Assembly: GCA_023659865.1 (NCBI GenBank)
Contig: JAGXON010000004.1
Span: 1,597-65,596 of the forward strand
Reading direction: 5' to 3'
DNA: 64,000 nucleotides
Source: Candidatus Diapherotrites archaeon LH_S9
GTDB lineage: Archaea > B1Sed10-29 > WALL01 > JAGXON01
Within the stretch, counting starts at the first letter, position 1. Each line of letters begins with the position of its first letter. Below the pieces are notes generated by a model. That model saw only the letters and a program-made list of their open reading frames with translations. It was not told where the DNA came from and searched no databases. Shown piece after piece: positions 1-9,223 of this stretch. Position numbers and translations under genes: made by a program.

Positions 1-147
1 ATAGCCAAACAATCTTCTTACTATGTCAACTGCTCTGAGAAAATCCGCGTTATACTCTTTCTTACAGGTTTGACAGACTGCTGTGGACTGAGAACTTCTC
101 GTTATTCGTCCTAAACAGTCCCTGCAAACTTGAGAGGTATATGCAGA
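1..147 (-). pseudogene. tnpB: TnpB (IS200/IS605 OrfB) C-terminal remnant, running off the window edge
   Basis: Manual minus-strand translation SAYTSQVCRDC...CQTCKKEYNADFLRAVDIVRR matches the TnpB YTSQxCxxC zinc ribbon and a degenerate N/HADxNAAxNI motif; preceded by an in-frame stop, no start codon. Confidence 0.75.
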
Positions 148-199
148 TTATCTCACGCTGATATTTAGAGTAGCATCGTATTTAAAGGTTTTGCTTCTG

Positions 200-240
200 T
201 ATTCCCTCCCAAACATTTAAGTTTGGAAGGGGTCTTAGAA
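200..240 (-). mobile_element. Probable IS200/IS605 left-end hairpin
   Basis: Inverted repeat ccctcccaaac (204-214) / gtttggaaggg (221-231), 1 mismatch, just upstream of the tnpB remnant. Confidence 0.5.
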
Positions 241-282
241 GCATGAGTTCAGATAAATGTCTTTTTTAATGGTTTAGTATAA

Positions 283-915
283 TCACAACTCCTTCTTAGG
301 AAGGCCTTTTTCATCAATGTGTTTCTCGATCTCTTTCTCCAGCTCTGTTTCATGGCTTGGGAAATTCTCGGTTCCTTTCTCCTCTTTCCTGTGATACACC
401 TTGCAGCTATTATCGCTCAAAACCCATTTAACGCCTTTTGTGGTTATAGTGAAATGATCGGCATAGAAACTAACTTCAGGCCTTTCCACACCCAGGTCCA
501 GCTTAACGCTTGAGTGAATAGGGAAATCCTTTTCTCTTTCAAGCCTTGCGGGTATGCCTGCAGCCCTTAGAACTCCAACGAGCGTGCCTCCCCAAATATT
601 GCAATCGGCTTTTCCTTCCTCAAATTTTTTCAGAACATTAACTTTTTTTTCTCCTGCATCCGAAGGCATCTTTATAAACCATTTAAAATCAGCTTCACTT
701 CTCAAATGATTTATCGCATTCAAAATATTCTTTTCTAGAGATTCATCTGGATCTATGATTTCTTCTGCATATTTCTCGAACTCCTTTGGGTCTATCTCTT
801 CCAGGTAAGGGTCTGCGGGTCTTTCGTTCAAAAGATCCTCGTAAACGTTTTCCTTCAGGCCTCTGTCAAGCAATTCTTTCTTATGCTTTTCTCTTATTTC
901 CTCTAGCGCCATCAA
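283..915 (-). CDS. Transglutaminase-like domain protein
   Basis: GKADCNIWGGTLVGVLRAAGIPARL motif, with downstream His (PIHS) and Asp (YADH) as candidate triad partners. Confidence 0.7.
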   Translation of the reverse strand: MMALEEIREKHKKELLDRGLKENVYEDLLNERPADPYLEEIDPKEFEKYAEEIIDPDESLEKNILNAINHLRSEADFKWFIKMPSDAGEKKVNVLKKFEEGKADCNIWGGTLVGVLRAAGIPARLEREKDFPIHSSVKLDLGVERPEVSFYADHFTITTKGVKWVLSDNSCKVYHRKEEKGTENFPSHETELEKEIEKHIDEKGLPKKEL

Positions 916-1487
916 ACCCCTTCTTTATCTGACTTAAAGCTTGCTTCTGCTAAAGTGGAATGGAGTGACTGGATTGTTCTTTTTCCCTGGTCCTGTTTTC
1001 TTCGGAAGCCAGGAACTATCGAGTCAGGGAATGTTTGCCCTCTAAGCTTTCCGTAAACTTCCTCCATACGATCAAAGATTTGAACAGCTTTATCTGTTTT
1101 TCCTTCAATCACAAGATCCAGGGCATGTCTTTTCATTTCTCCAATAGCGTCAAGAACTCCAAGAAGATAAGGCTCTGGCGGAACATCTACTTCAGGAAGT
1201 TCTTCTTCTGCAACCTGGCTCTTAAGCACCAGTAACTCAACGTACTCCTGGAAAGGAGTTTTCATCGTCTTTTTCCTGAAGAAAGGATACTTCCCTAGCT
1301 TCTTCTCCATCTTATCCAACTTTTCCTCGATTTCGTCCTGCTTCTTCCGAGCTTGCTCGAACTCTTTTTCATGCACGTTTTTTATTGCACGACTGCACAA
1401 ATTAATTATATCTCTTCTGATAGGAAGAACCTCGTCTCTCACCCGTCTAATGTTTTCAACTTCATTAATTGCTTCATCCACGTTCAT
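912..1487 (-). CDS. Translin family (archaeal C3PO-like) RNA-binding protein
   Basis: QEYVE and YLLGVLDAIGEMKR motifs plus RRKQD; ATG at 1487 (alternative GTG at 1496). Confidence 0.85.
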   Translation of the reverse strand: MNVDEAINEVENIRRVRDEVLPIRRDIINLCSRAIKNVHEKEFEQARKKQDEIEEKLDKMEKKLGKYPFFRKKTMKTPFQEYVELLVLKSQVAEEELPEVDVPPEPYLLGVLDAIGEMKRHALDLVIEGKTDKAVQIFDRMEEVYGKLRGQTFPDSIVPGFRRKQDQGKRTIQSLHSTLAEASFKSDKEGV

Positions 1488-1498
1488 CAAGATCACTT

Positions 1499-4201
1499 AT
1501 GTCATTTGAGTTATTGGAACCAAAAGTTAAAAGACTAATTGAAGAAAGGTTCGACCAACCAACAGAAGCCCAGAAAAAAGCAATACCAAAGATAACGGAA
1601 GGAAAAAACACGCTCCTGATAGCACCAACAGGCCTAGGAAAAACAGAGGCCGCAATACTCCCTGTTCTGTCGGAACTGGTTAATCAAGAGTCTGAACCCA
1701 TCCAAATGCTTTACATCACTCCGTTAAAGGCCTTGAACCGAGATCTCGTCGATAGGATAACCTCGTGGACGGAAGAGCTCGGCATAACTTGCGAAGTCCG
1801 GCACGGTGACACATCAAGATCGCAGAGATCAAAACAAGCAAAAAATCCGCCGCAGATACTTATTACGACACCTGAAACCCTTCAGAACATACTGCCCGCA
1901 AAAAAGATGGGAAAACACCTCTCGAACGTTTCAAAAGTAGTTGTCGACGAGATACACGAACTTGCAGAAAGCAAAAGAGGTTTGCAGCTAAGCATAGCTC
2001 TAGAAAGACTGCAAAAAAGAGCGCAAGAAGTTCAAAGAATTGGTTTGAGCGCCACGGTTGGAACCCCGGACGAGACAGCCAAGTTCCTCGCAGGAACAGA
2101 CCGAGACTACAAAGTAGTAGACGTTACATTCGCCAGAGAGATTGATCTATCCGTGGAAAGTCCTTCAGCCCAGGAACAGGACCGGAAGGACTCAAAAAAA
2201 CTTCATTTAGATCCAGAAGCTATTTCAAGACTAAGAAGACTTCACGAACTCGTTGAAGAACACGAATCTGTCCTAACTTTTGTAAACACTCGGCAGATGG
2301 CGGAATTGCTTGGCTCCAGGTACTCTGCATGGGACTCTCAGCACGGTATAAAAGTCCATCACAGTTCCTTATCAAAAGACACGCGCGTACTAGCGGAAGA
2401 AGAATTCAAGGAAAAAAAGATAAAAGGCGTGATCTGCACTTCCAGCCTTGAACTAGGAATAGACATAGGGAGCATCGATTTAGTAGCTCAATACACTTCC
2501 CCAAGACAGGTGAACAGGCTTCTTCAGCGAGTTGGGAGATCAGGCCACGGCCTAGGACGCGTTCCAAAAGGGGTGGTAATCTGTTCGAACCCAGAGGATA
2601 TAGCTGAAGCTACAGTAGTGTGCAACAAAGGGAAAGAAAATGAGTTAGAAGCTATTGAACTCCGTAAACGAGCTTTGGACGTGCTAGCGCACCAGTTGGT
2701 CGGCATATCACTGGATTTAGGTAGAGTGACAAAAGACAGTGTTTACGAACTCGTGAAGAAAGCTTACCCGTTCGCAGAATTAATCCGAAAGGACTTCGAT
2801 GACACTCTCGAGCAAATGGAGTCCGAAAGATTTGTCTGGATAGATGGAAACACTTACAGGAGAAGTAAAAAAGCTTTCAAGTACTACTACGGCTCCGTAT
2901 CAATGATTCCTGCAAAAGAAAAGTTCTTCGTCAACAGCACTTCTGGAGAAAGTGTTGGGACATTAGACGAAGCGTTCGTCGCAGAGTACTTGAGGCCCGG
3001 TAAGATCTTTATAACTAAGGGAAGGCCCTGGAAAGTCGTTGACATCCGGGAAAAGAAGGTACTGGTCGAGCCAAGCACAGACATATCTGCGGCGATCCCT
3101 GACTGGGCAGGAGAAGAGCTGCCAGTACCCTTTGATATTGCTCAGGAAGTAGGAGAACTCAGGAAAAAACTTGCTGAAGGAAAGAAAATTGATGAAAGCG
3201 TGCTTCAGCCAGACGCAGCAAGAAAACTGAAGGAATCAGTTGAAAAACAACTTGAGCACGGGTTCATGCCAGACCACGAGACTATCTTCCTCGAGACCTT
3301 TCAGAACACTGTTGTCATGCACGCGCACTTCGGCACCAAAACCAACATAACGCTAAGTAAACTGCTTTCATCGCTGCTTACGTCTTTCCTCGGACAAGCG
3401 ATAAGTGCGACCGCAGACCCCTACAGGATTATCTTCCAGTTTCCAGCTAAAACAAGGCCGGATCTGCTGAAAAAGCATTTGGAGGACCTCGAGCCCGATG
3501 CAGTCAGGCCAGTGCTCGACAGAACTCTTTCCAGAAGTTCTTTGTTCAAATGGAAGTTTTTACACGTCGCCAGACGATTCAGTTTGATTGGGAAAAAATC
3601 AAATTACAAGAAGTTCCGCATAAGATCGCTTATAAACGCTGTCATAGATTCACCGATACACAAAGAAACCCTGAACTCAATCTATCACCAGAAGATGAAC
3701 ATAGAGAAGACGAAAGAGATTTTGGAACGAATTCACGCACAAGAAATCAAGATAAAAGAAAAAAAGACCGCTCAACCAAGCACTTTTGCTTCTTTCTCTC
3801 GTAAAGGCAAGGACTTGTTCGTCCCGGAAAAGCCCACGGCCAAGATCCTTGAACTAGTGAAGAGCAGGATACTTGACAAGAAACAAGGATTCAAGTGCAT
3901 AAACTGCGGTCACAAGTGGTATAAGAAGTTGGAAGAGCTGGAGGACAAGGTTAAGTGCCCTGAATGCGGTGGGAAAATGGTCACTTTCCTTAAAGCAAGC
4001 AAAAAGAAGAAGGTAGCATCGCTCATCAAGTCCTACGGGAAGAGAGCTGTCTGGGCTCTTAATGCTCATGGAGTCGGTCCAGTAACTGCGACGAGATTGC
4101 TCAAGAACCTTCGGGAAGACGAAAAAGACTTTTTCAAGGACTTGGTTAAAGCCGAAAGGCAATACATAAAAACAAAGCATTACTGGAAGGATAAGGAATG
4201 A
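1499..4201 (+). CDS. lhr: Lhr-family SF2 helicase with C-terminal Cys4 zinc motif
   Basis: APTGLGKT, ITPLKALNRD, RHGDT, DEIHE, SLELGIDIG, QRVGRSGH; CINC...CPEC near the C-terminus; ATG at 1499. Confidence 0.93.
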   Translation: MSFELLEPKVKRLIEERFDQPTEAQKKAIPKITEGKNTLLIAPTGLGKTEAAILPVLSELVNQESEPIQMLYITPLKALNRDLVDRITSWTEELGITCEVRHGDTSRSQRSKQAKNPPQILITTPETLQNILPAKKMGKHLSNVSKVVVDEIHELAESKRGLQLSIALERLQKRAQEVQRIGLSATVGTPDETAKFLAGTDRDYKVVDVTFAREIDLSVESPSAQEQDRKDSKKLHLDPEAISRLRRLHELVEEHESVLTFVNTRQMAELLGSRYSAWDSQHGIKVHHSSLSKDTRVLAEEEFKEKKIKGVICTSSLELGIDIGSIDLVAQYTSPRQVNRLLQRVGRSGHGLGRVPKGVVICSNPEDIAEATVVCNKGKENELEAIELRKRALDVLAHQLVGISLDLGRVTKDSVYELVKKAYPFAELIRKDFDDTLEQMESERFVWIDGNTYRRSKKAFKYYYGSVSMIPAKEKFFVNSTSGESVGTLDEAFVAEYLRPGKIFITKGRPWKVVDIREKKVLVEPSTDISAAIPDWAGEELPVPFDIAQEVGELRKKLAEGKKIDESVLQPDAARKLKESVEKQLEHGFMPDHETIFLETFQNTVVMHAHFGTKTNITLSKLLSSLLTSFLGQAISATADPYRIIFQFPAKTRPDLLKKHLEDLEPDAVRPVLDRTLSRSSLFKWKFLHVARRFSLIGKKSNYKKFRIRSLINAVIDSPIHKETLNSIYHQKMNIEKTKEILERIHAQEIKIKEKKTAQPSTFASFSRKGKDLFVPEKPTAKILELVKSRILDKKQGFKCINCGHKWYKKLEELEDKVKCPECGGKMVTFLKASKKKKVASLIKSYGKRAVWALNAHGVGPVTATRLLKNLREDEKDFFKDLVKAERQYIKTKHYWKDKE

Positions 4202-4923
4202 ATCCAGCACTGGTTTACTCGAAGAAAGACCTTGCAGGAAAGAACATAGCAAGGCACATCACGCAAAAAACGGATCTTCCGTTGATGGAAATAGAGCAGG
4301 ATATAATCTACGCGGAAATAGATGAACTGAAAAAAGATCACGGCTTCGACTATGCCGTAATGCTCTCCAGACACAAGAGCAAGTCAGGAAAGCCTTGCTT
4401 CACTGTTCACGCGCCCGGGAACTTTGACGAAGCAAAGTACGGAGGAGAAGAAAGAACTCTAGCGAAAACAATTGCGGAACCCATGCACAGAATTTACTTG
4501 GAGCTAAGGAAAACTAATCAAGACTATGCGGTCTGTAGAGAGGCAACGCATCACGGTCCTACTCCAGAAACTCCGTTGTTCTTCGTTGAACTAGGATCCA
4601 GTAAAACAGAGTGGAAAGACGAAAAAGCAGCAGATTTTATCGCCGGATCAGTGGTACGAGGATTGGAGTCAAGTGAAAAATTTCCCGTAGCCCTTGGGTT
4701 TGGAGGCGGGCACTACTGTCCAAAGTTCTCTGAAATGACTGGAACTGCTTTCAGCCATGTTTGTCCAAAGTACATGCTAGACGCCTTGAACAAGGATTTG
4801 ATCGAGCAAATGGTTTCAAAGACTTTTGAAGAAGTTGAATTGTTTTCTTTTGACGGAAGCAATTTAAGTTTGAGACATAAAAAGCTTTTGGATGTTTGGC
4901 GTCCAAGAAAGGGATCAAAGTAG
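4198..4923 (+). CDS. dtdA: D-aminoacyl-tRNA deacylase (DTD2)
   Basis: SRHKS, TVHAPGNF, EATHHGP, ELGS, GFGGGHY motifs. Confidence 0.92.
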   Translation: MNPALVYSKKDLAGKNIARHITQKTDLPLMEIEQDIIYAEIDELKKDHGFDYAVMLSRHKSKSGKPCFTVHAPGNFDEAKYGGEERTLAKTIAEPMHRIYLELRKTNQDYAVCREATHHGPTPETPLFFVELGSSKTEWKDEKAADFIAGSVVRGLESSEKFPVALGFGGGHYCPKFSEMTGTAFSHVCPKYMLDALNKDLIEQMVSKTFEEVELFSFDGSNLSLRHKKLLDVWRPRKGSK

Positions 4924-5006
4924 AGTAGTGACGAACTTACTATCCCTAAAAAAATGTTTTTTGTCGAGATTAACCTTTTATGTTTCTTTTCAGTAACTAC
5001 TATGTT

Positions 5007-5816
5007 ATGTCCTCCCACCCAGTTAGTTTTGGAGAATCTGGAGACGAAGAAAAGTTCGTCAAGTTCTCCCCGAGCCTGATGAAGGCTAACAAAAAGCTTA
5101 TTTCCAGTGAAGCCAGCCAAAGGGACAAGAAAAAGGCTTTCAAGGAAATAGAGAACACTATTGAGGACTTGATTGAAGTGGAAAAGCTTCCGGAAAGGAA
5201 AAAATTTGATTACTTGCTCACTTCCATGCACGCAGTTCATGGGGTAGTTGAAGGAGAAGAAAACGGCTGGATAGACACGGAACTTGCTGACAAGTACATA
5301 GAGGACGTGAAAAACCGCTTAGGCGAGAACTGGAAGGAAGGACTCACTATCTTCCAAAAGTTTCACGGAAACCACGTTGAAAACATAGTAAAAAGAACGA
5401 ACTACGAAGTTGATCCCGAAATAACTTTTAAACCAGACGAAATTTCTGCCATAAGCTTCTCTGAATCAAAAGACAATGATTTTAGGCCTATACAAGAAGT
5501 GTCAATGCTGATGAATGAAGCAGAGGAATACCTGCGCAAGCACCAGGAAGAAAACCCTAAGGGGGGCTACGATGGCAGGTACAGGCACGAGTACTTCGGA
5601 AAAGTCGAAGAAATGCTCGAAAAGTTCTTTTCAATAGATGAACTTCACGAAAAAGACTTTGAATCCGCGCTAGTGACAGCAATGTCTTTGGCCAATCACA
5701 TAAGGAAAGCAGAAGAACTAGGAGGAGTGGAAAAAGACTCTGCATTTGACTATATAGAGTCCGTGAAACAGAAGATAGGCGAAGACAAGTGGAAACAAGA
5801 AGTTGAGGAAGCTTAA
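5007..5816 (+). CDS. Hypothetical acidic helical protein with a two-fold internal repeat
   Basis: Long ORF; KYIEDVKNRLGENWK vs DYIESVKQKIGEDKWK. Confidence 0.7.
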   Translation: MSSHPVSFGESGDEEKFVKFSPSLMKANKKLISSEASQRDKKKAFKEIENTIEDLIEVEKLPERKKFDYLLTSMHAVHGVVEGEENGWIDTELADKYIEDVKNRLGENWKEGLTIFQKFHGNHVENIVKRTNYEVDPEITFKPDEISAISFSESKDNDFRPIQEVSMLMNEAEEYLRKHQEENPKGGYDGRYRHEYFGKVEEMLEKFFSIDELHEKDFESALVTAMSLANHIRKAEELGGVEKDSAFDYIESVKQKIGEDKWKQEVEEA

Positions 5817-5824
5817 CCCTTTCG

Positions 5825-6299
5825 CCAGGAAGTCCACTTCCAGATAGAATAGTTGGTGGGGGATGAATTGGCACAATGTTTATATAGCAGTTGGTAATTA
5901 GAGTATGTGTATCATATGCCATCAAGACCAAAAAGTTACTACGCTACAGAACACTGGCACGATCGGCAGATTCGCTAGATTTCTAACCTACAAAGCAAAA
6001 GGTAAAAAAGTAATAGAAATTAGCGAGGCAAACACGACGAAAGAGTGCTGTATCGGCGGAAAAAAGGAGGACAGGCCATTATACGGGAGGAATATCAACT
6101 GCGATTGTGGAAACCGAGATAAAAACTCTGCTGTAAATAATGGATCGTTTCCTATCGCAAGAACGCTCTGTGGACGAGCAATCTCTCTTCATGAGAGGTT
6201 TGCTGCGACAAACAGGTTTGGAATACGCTTACAAGCCAATGTCCAAACACTCGCAGGAAGCCACTTCCCAAATCTATGATTTTGGCGGTGGTAGTTCAC
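5825..6299 (+). mobile_element. Internally deleted non-autonomous IS200/IS605 element
   Basis: Left-end-like gccaggaagtccac...gtgggggatgaattggc, tnpB fragment, right-end-like gaagccac...gtggtagttcac ending in TCAC (6296-6299). Confidence 0.75.
5905..6279 (+). pseudogene. tnpB: Degraded TnpB C-terminal fragment
   Basis: FLTYKA...EISEANTTKECC...CDCGNRDKNSAVN: eroded zinc ribbon/RuvC-III region; N-terminal part missing. Confidence 0.8.
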
Positions 6300-7675
6300 G
6301 ACAACTGTTCTCCAACTTTTTTATCGAAAGCAGTTAAAAATTGCTCTTTCTTAGCTCTAGGTATTCTAGCGCCAGCCGCAATAGTGTGGCCGCCTCCTTC
6401 GCCATCAAATTTTTGAGCACATTCCTCTAAAGCCTCTCCAAGGTCAAGCCCTTTTCTTACGAGTGTCCAAGTAGCTCTTGCTGAAGCCTTGTAATTTCCT
6501 TCCTTGTTTATCGCTAGAGCAACTATTGGCTTCGAGTTATTTATAGTTTTTGTACCGTAAAGCATTCCTGCGACTATGCCGATTAAAGTTTCTTTAATGT
6601 TCTCGCCAGCATCAAGCACTTGAAAGTTTTCTTTTTCGTTCACGCCATTGTTCTGAGCCCACTGCATGCCTTCTCTCAAAAGACGTCTGTGCATCTTCAG
6701 CAAGTTCTTTGCCTTCTCGTACTCTTCTTCTCGATTTCCTTTACAGACCTCTATACCTATCCTTCCTTTCTTGTGTCTACCGCAAGCGTTCAGAAGAGTT
6801 GAAAAACCTTTACAATCCTTTATTACGGTCTTGTTTCTTTCTTGTTTGAGCTCGTAAACTTCTCCAACCATGTTCTGAAGCAAGAAATCAGGCACACCGT
6901 GAGAAAGACCGTAAGTAACAAGCTCTGAAATAAGTTTTTTCTGCTGCTCTCGATCCAGATCCACATAGTAAACGTCTGAACCCGTTGGCAGACCAATTTT
7001 TTCCAGGAAACTGTAGCAATTAGCTTCGTCTCCCGTCAAGCCAGGTAGAAAAGGGTCGCTGGAATAGCTCAGGAACTGCGCTAGAGGTCGAGTGTGCCTA
7101 CCGTAAAGCTTTATATCGTTTTTCACAGTAAGAACGTTGTTTTCTTTCCCGTCTTTTATTATGTCTCTATTGGTGCCGATGACTTGCCCATCTGTTTCCT
7201 GCATGTCACCAACCGCCCCAACGATTGCTATAGCTGCAAGATCCTTATTCTTTTTGCTCATAGCTTTTGCTGCAGCGTAAGTAACTCCTGCTCCACTTAT
7301 CTCTTTGTTGCCATCGATATCAAACAGGTGAGCGTTCAAATGCGGCTTATCTGTTTCGTGAAGCGTTTCATGATGGTCGCATATGGCAAATTTGTCGAAA
7401 TTGTTCTCCAGGACAGGCACCTGGCCTGAACCCATGTCGAGGACGATCACTTCTTTCCCCATCTTCTTTATTTCTTTTGCTCTTTCTTCATTCAATTGTT
7501 TAGTAGGTACTATCCTATGTGGTTTCCCAATCCTGTCGAGTGCTTTACTCATTATTCCTGCAGAAGCTAGTCCATCAGCATCATAGTGAGTGACTACTGT
7601 AAGGTCTTTTGCGTTTTCCAAGAAATCTACGACTGGTTCTGATCCTTCCACTATTCGTTCCAGCATTTTTCTCAC
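6296..7675 (-). CDS. recJ: RecJ-like DHH/DHHA1 phosphoesterase
   Basis: HYDADG, DMGSG, DHH, GAVGD, GGGHTIAAGA motifs. Confidence 0.9.
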   Translation of the reverse strand: MRKMLERIVEGSEPVVDFLENAKDLTVVTHYDADGLASAGIMSKALDRIGKPHRIVPTKQLNEERAKEIKKMGKEVIVLDMGSGQVPVLENNFDKFAICDHHETLHETDKPHLNAHLFDIDGNKEISGAGVTYAAAKAMSKKNKDLAAIAIVGAVGDMQETDGQVIGTNRDIIKDGKENNVLTVKNDIKLYGRHTRPLAQFLSYSSDPFLPGLTGDEANCYSFLEKIGLPTGSDVYYVDLDREQQKKLISELVTYGLSHGVPDFLLQNMVGEVYELKQERNKTVIKDCKGFSTLLNACGRHKKGRIGIEVCKGNREEEYEKAKNLLKMHRRLLREGMQWAQNNGVNEKENFQVLDAGENIKETLIGIVAGMLYGTKTINNSKPIVALAINKEGNYKASARATWTLVRKGLDLGEALEECAQKFDGEGGGHTIAAGARIPRAKKEQFLTAFDKKVGEQLS

Positions 7676-9010
7676 TTATACTACTGCCCACTCGTCCAGA
7701 CTTGGTGACTTTGCGCTGATGTCGAGTTTGTCTGCGAGCGTTTCTGCTAGTTCCACTGTCTTTGAAGCTTCTCCGTGAACTGTGAACAGTTGCTTGAAGT
7801 CCGGAAGGTCTTGCGCGTACTGCATCAGCTGCTGGTAGTCGGCGTGAGCTGAGAAATGGATGTTTTCGACATCGCATTTGACGTCAAGCTTCTTTTGGTT
7901 CCCTTTTTCATCGGTCACAACTACTTTTTGAACTCCGTCAAGCAGTTCTCTTCCGAGAGTTCCTTCAACTTGGTAACCGACGAGGATGACTCTGTTTTTC
8001 TTGTCTCCTGCCAGTTCCTCTAAGTATCCTACTGAAGGGCCTCCTGTGAGCATGCCGGAAGTAGCTAGGATCACTGAATCAGGGTATTTCAAGACATTTC
8101 TTTTGTTTCTGGTGCTAGGTATTTCAAAGTAATCTGATTCGAATGGATCGTCTGCAGCTGAAAGAATTCTGTTTATTATCTCTTCCTTCAGCCATTTAGA
8201 GTTCTGCCTGTGTATTCTTGTGGCTTTGTTGACCATCCCGTCCGTGAACCCTTTTGTTTTAGGGAGGAAACCGCTCTCGATATAGTTCTGTAGAGTGATC
8301 ATTATTTCTTGTCCTCTGCCGACAGCAAAAACAGGTATCAATGTTTTTCCGTTCCGCTTCATTGTTTCTTTTACTTTTTCCGCTAGTCTTCTCTGTGTTT
8401 TCTTGAGTGATTCGAGCCTGTCTTCTTTTGATCCGTAAGTGCTTTCCATTATCACTACGTCTGTTTCCGGTATATCAGTGTCTGCTGGGGGTAGTAAAGT
8501 TGTTTCTCTGTAATTAAGATCTCCTGAGTACAGGAGGCTTCTTCGGCCGTCATCGAGTCTTATTGAAGAAGAGCCGATGATGTGGCCTGAGTTGAAGAAC
8601 GTTGTTTCTATTCCTCCGAATTTCTGAGGGTCTCTGAACTTTATGAGTTCTGTTCTCTTTAGTGCTTTCTTCATCGCTGACTCGCTGAAGATTTGTTTGC
8701 CCTTCATCTTCCCTATCTTACGATAATCGGCTAGTAATAGCTGCATCAGATCTCTTGTAGGCTTCGTTACTAAGAATTTGCCTTTGAATCCTTTTTCGAC
8801 TAAGAAAGGTGCGAATCCAGAGTGATCTAAGTGAGCGTGACTGATCGCGACGTAATCTATTTTTTTTGCTAGTTTCTTGTTTATGTCGGGGAATTCTTCC
8901 CCGCTGCCTAGTTTGACTCCAGAATCTAGGAGGATCTTTTTGCCTTTAGTTTCAACTAAGACTGCAGATCTTCCTACTTCTTTTGCCGAACCTAGAAATT
9001 GTATTTCCAT
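7676..9010 (-). CDS. beta-CASP metallo-beta-lactamase ribonuclease (aCPSF-type, no KH domains)
   Basis: EVGRS, SHAHLDHSG, GHIIGS, ESTYG, FAVGRGQE, FSAHAD, VHGE. Confidence 0.9.
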   Translation of the reverse strand: MEIQFLGSAKEVGRSAVLVETKGKKILLDSGVKLGSGEEFPDINKKLAKKIDYVAISHAHLDHSGFAPFLVEKGFKGKFLVTKPTRDLMQLLLADYRKIGKMKGKQIFSESAMKKALKRTELIKFRDPQKFGGIETTFFNSGHIIGSSSIRLDDGRRSLLYSGDLNYRETTLLPPADTDIPETDVVIMESTYGSKEDRLESLKKTQRRLAEKVKETMKRNGKTLIPVFAVGRGQEIMITLQNYIESGFLPKTKGFTDGMVNKATRIHRQNSKWLKEEIINRILSAADDPFESDYFEIPSTRNKRNVLKYPDSVILATSGMLTGGPSVGYLEELAGDKKNRVILVGYQVEGTLGRELLDGVQKVVVTDEKGNQKKLDVKCDVENIHFSAHADYQQLMQYAQDLPDFKQLFTVHGEASKTVELAETLADKLDISAKSPSLDEWAVV

Positions 9011-9223
9011 TGTTATGTTATCTCGTTTGTTGATTTAAAAAAATCTCTTATTTAGTAAAGAGGGGGTTAATGAATAATTATTGGTGGAAACATATATAAA
9101 ACCTTGACTAGAATTTTTGGGTTGAAGGAAAGTACGTGCAAATTTTTCTTTTCAACCAAAAAAGTCAAATATTTTAATAGATAAGGGCACTAATTAGAAG
9201 CAACAGTTTTTGGAGGTAGGAAA

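Noticed and set aside
5905-6279. Functional Cas12f/TnpB nuclease
   Set aside because: Only an eroded C-terminal fragment; RuvC-I/II absent; no array nearby
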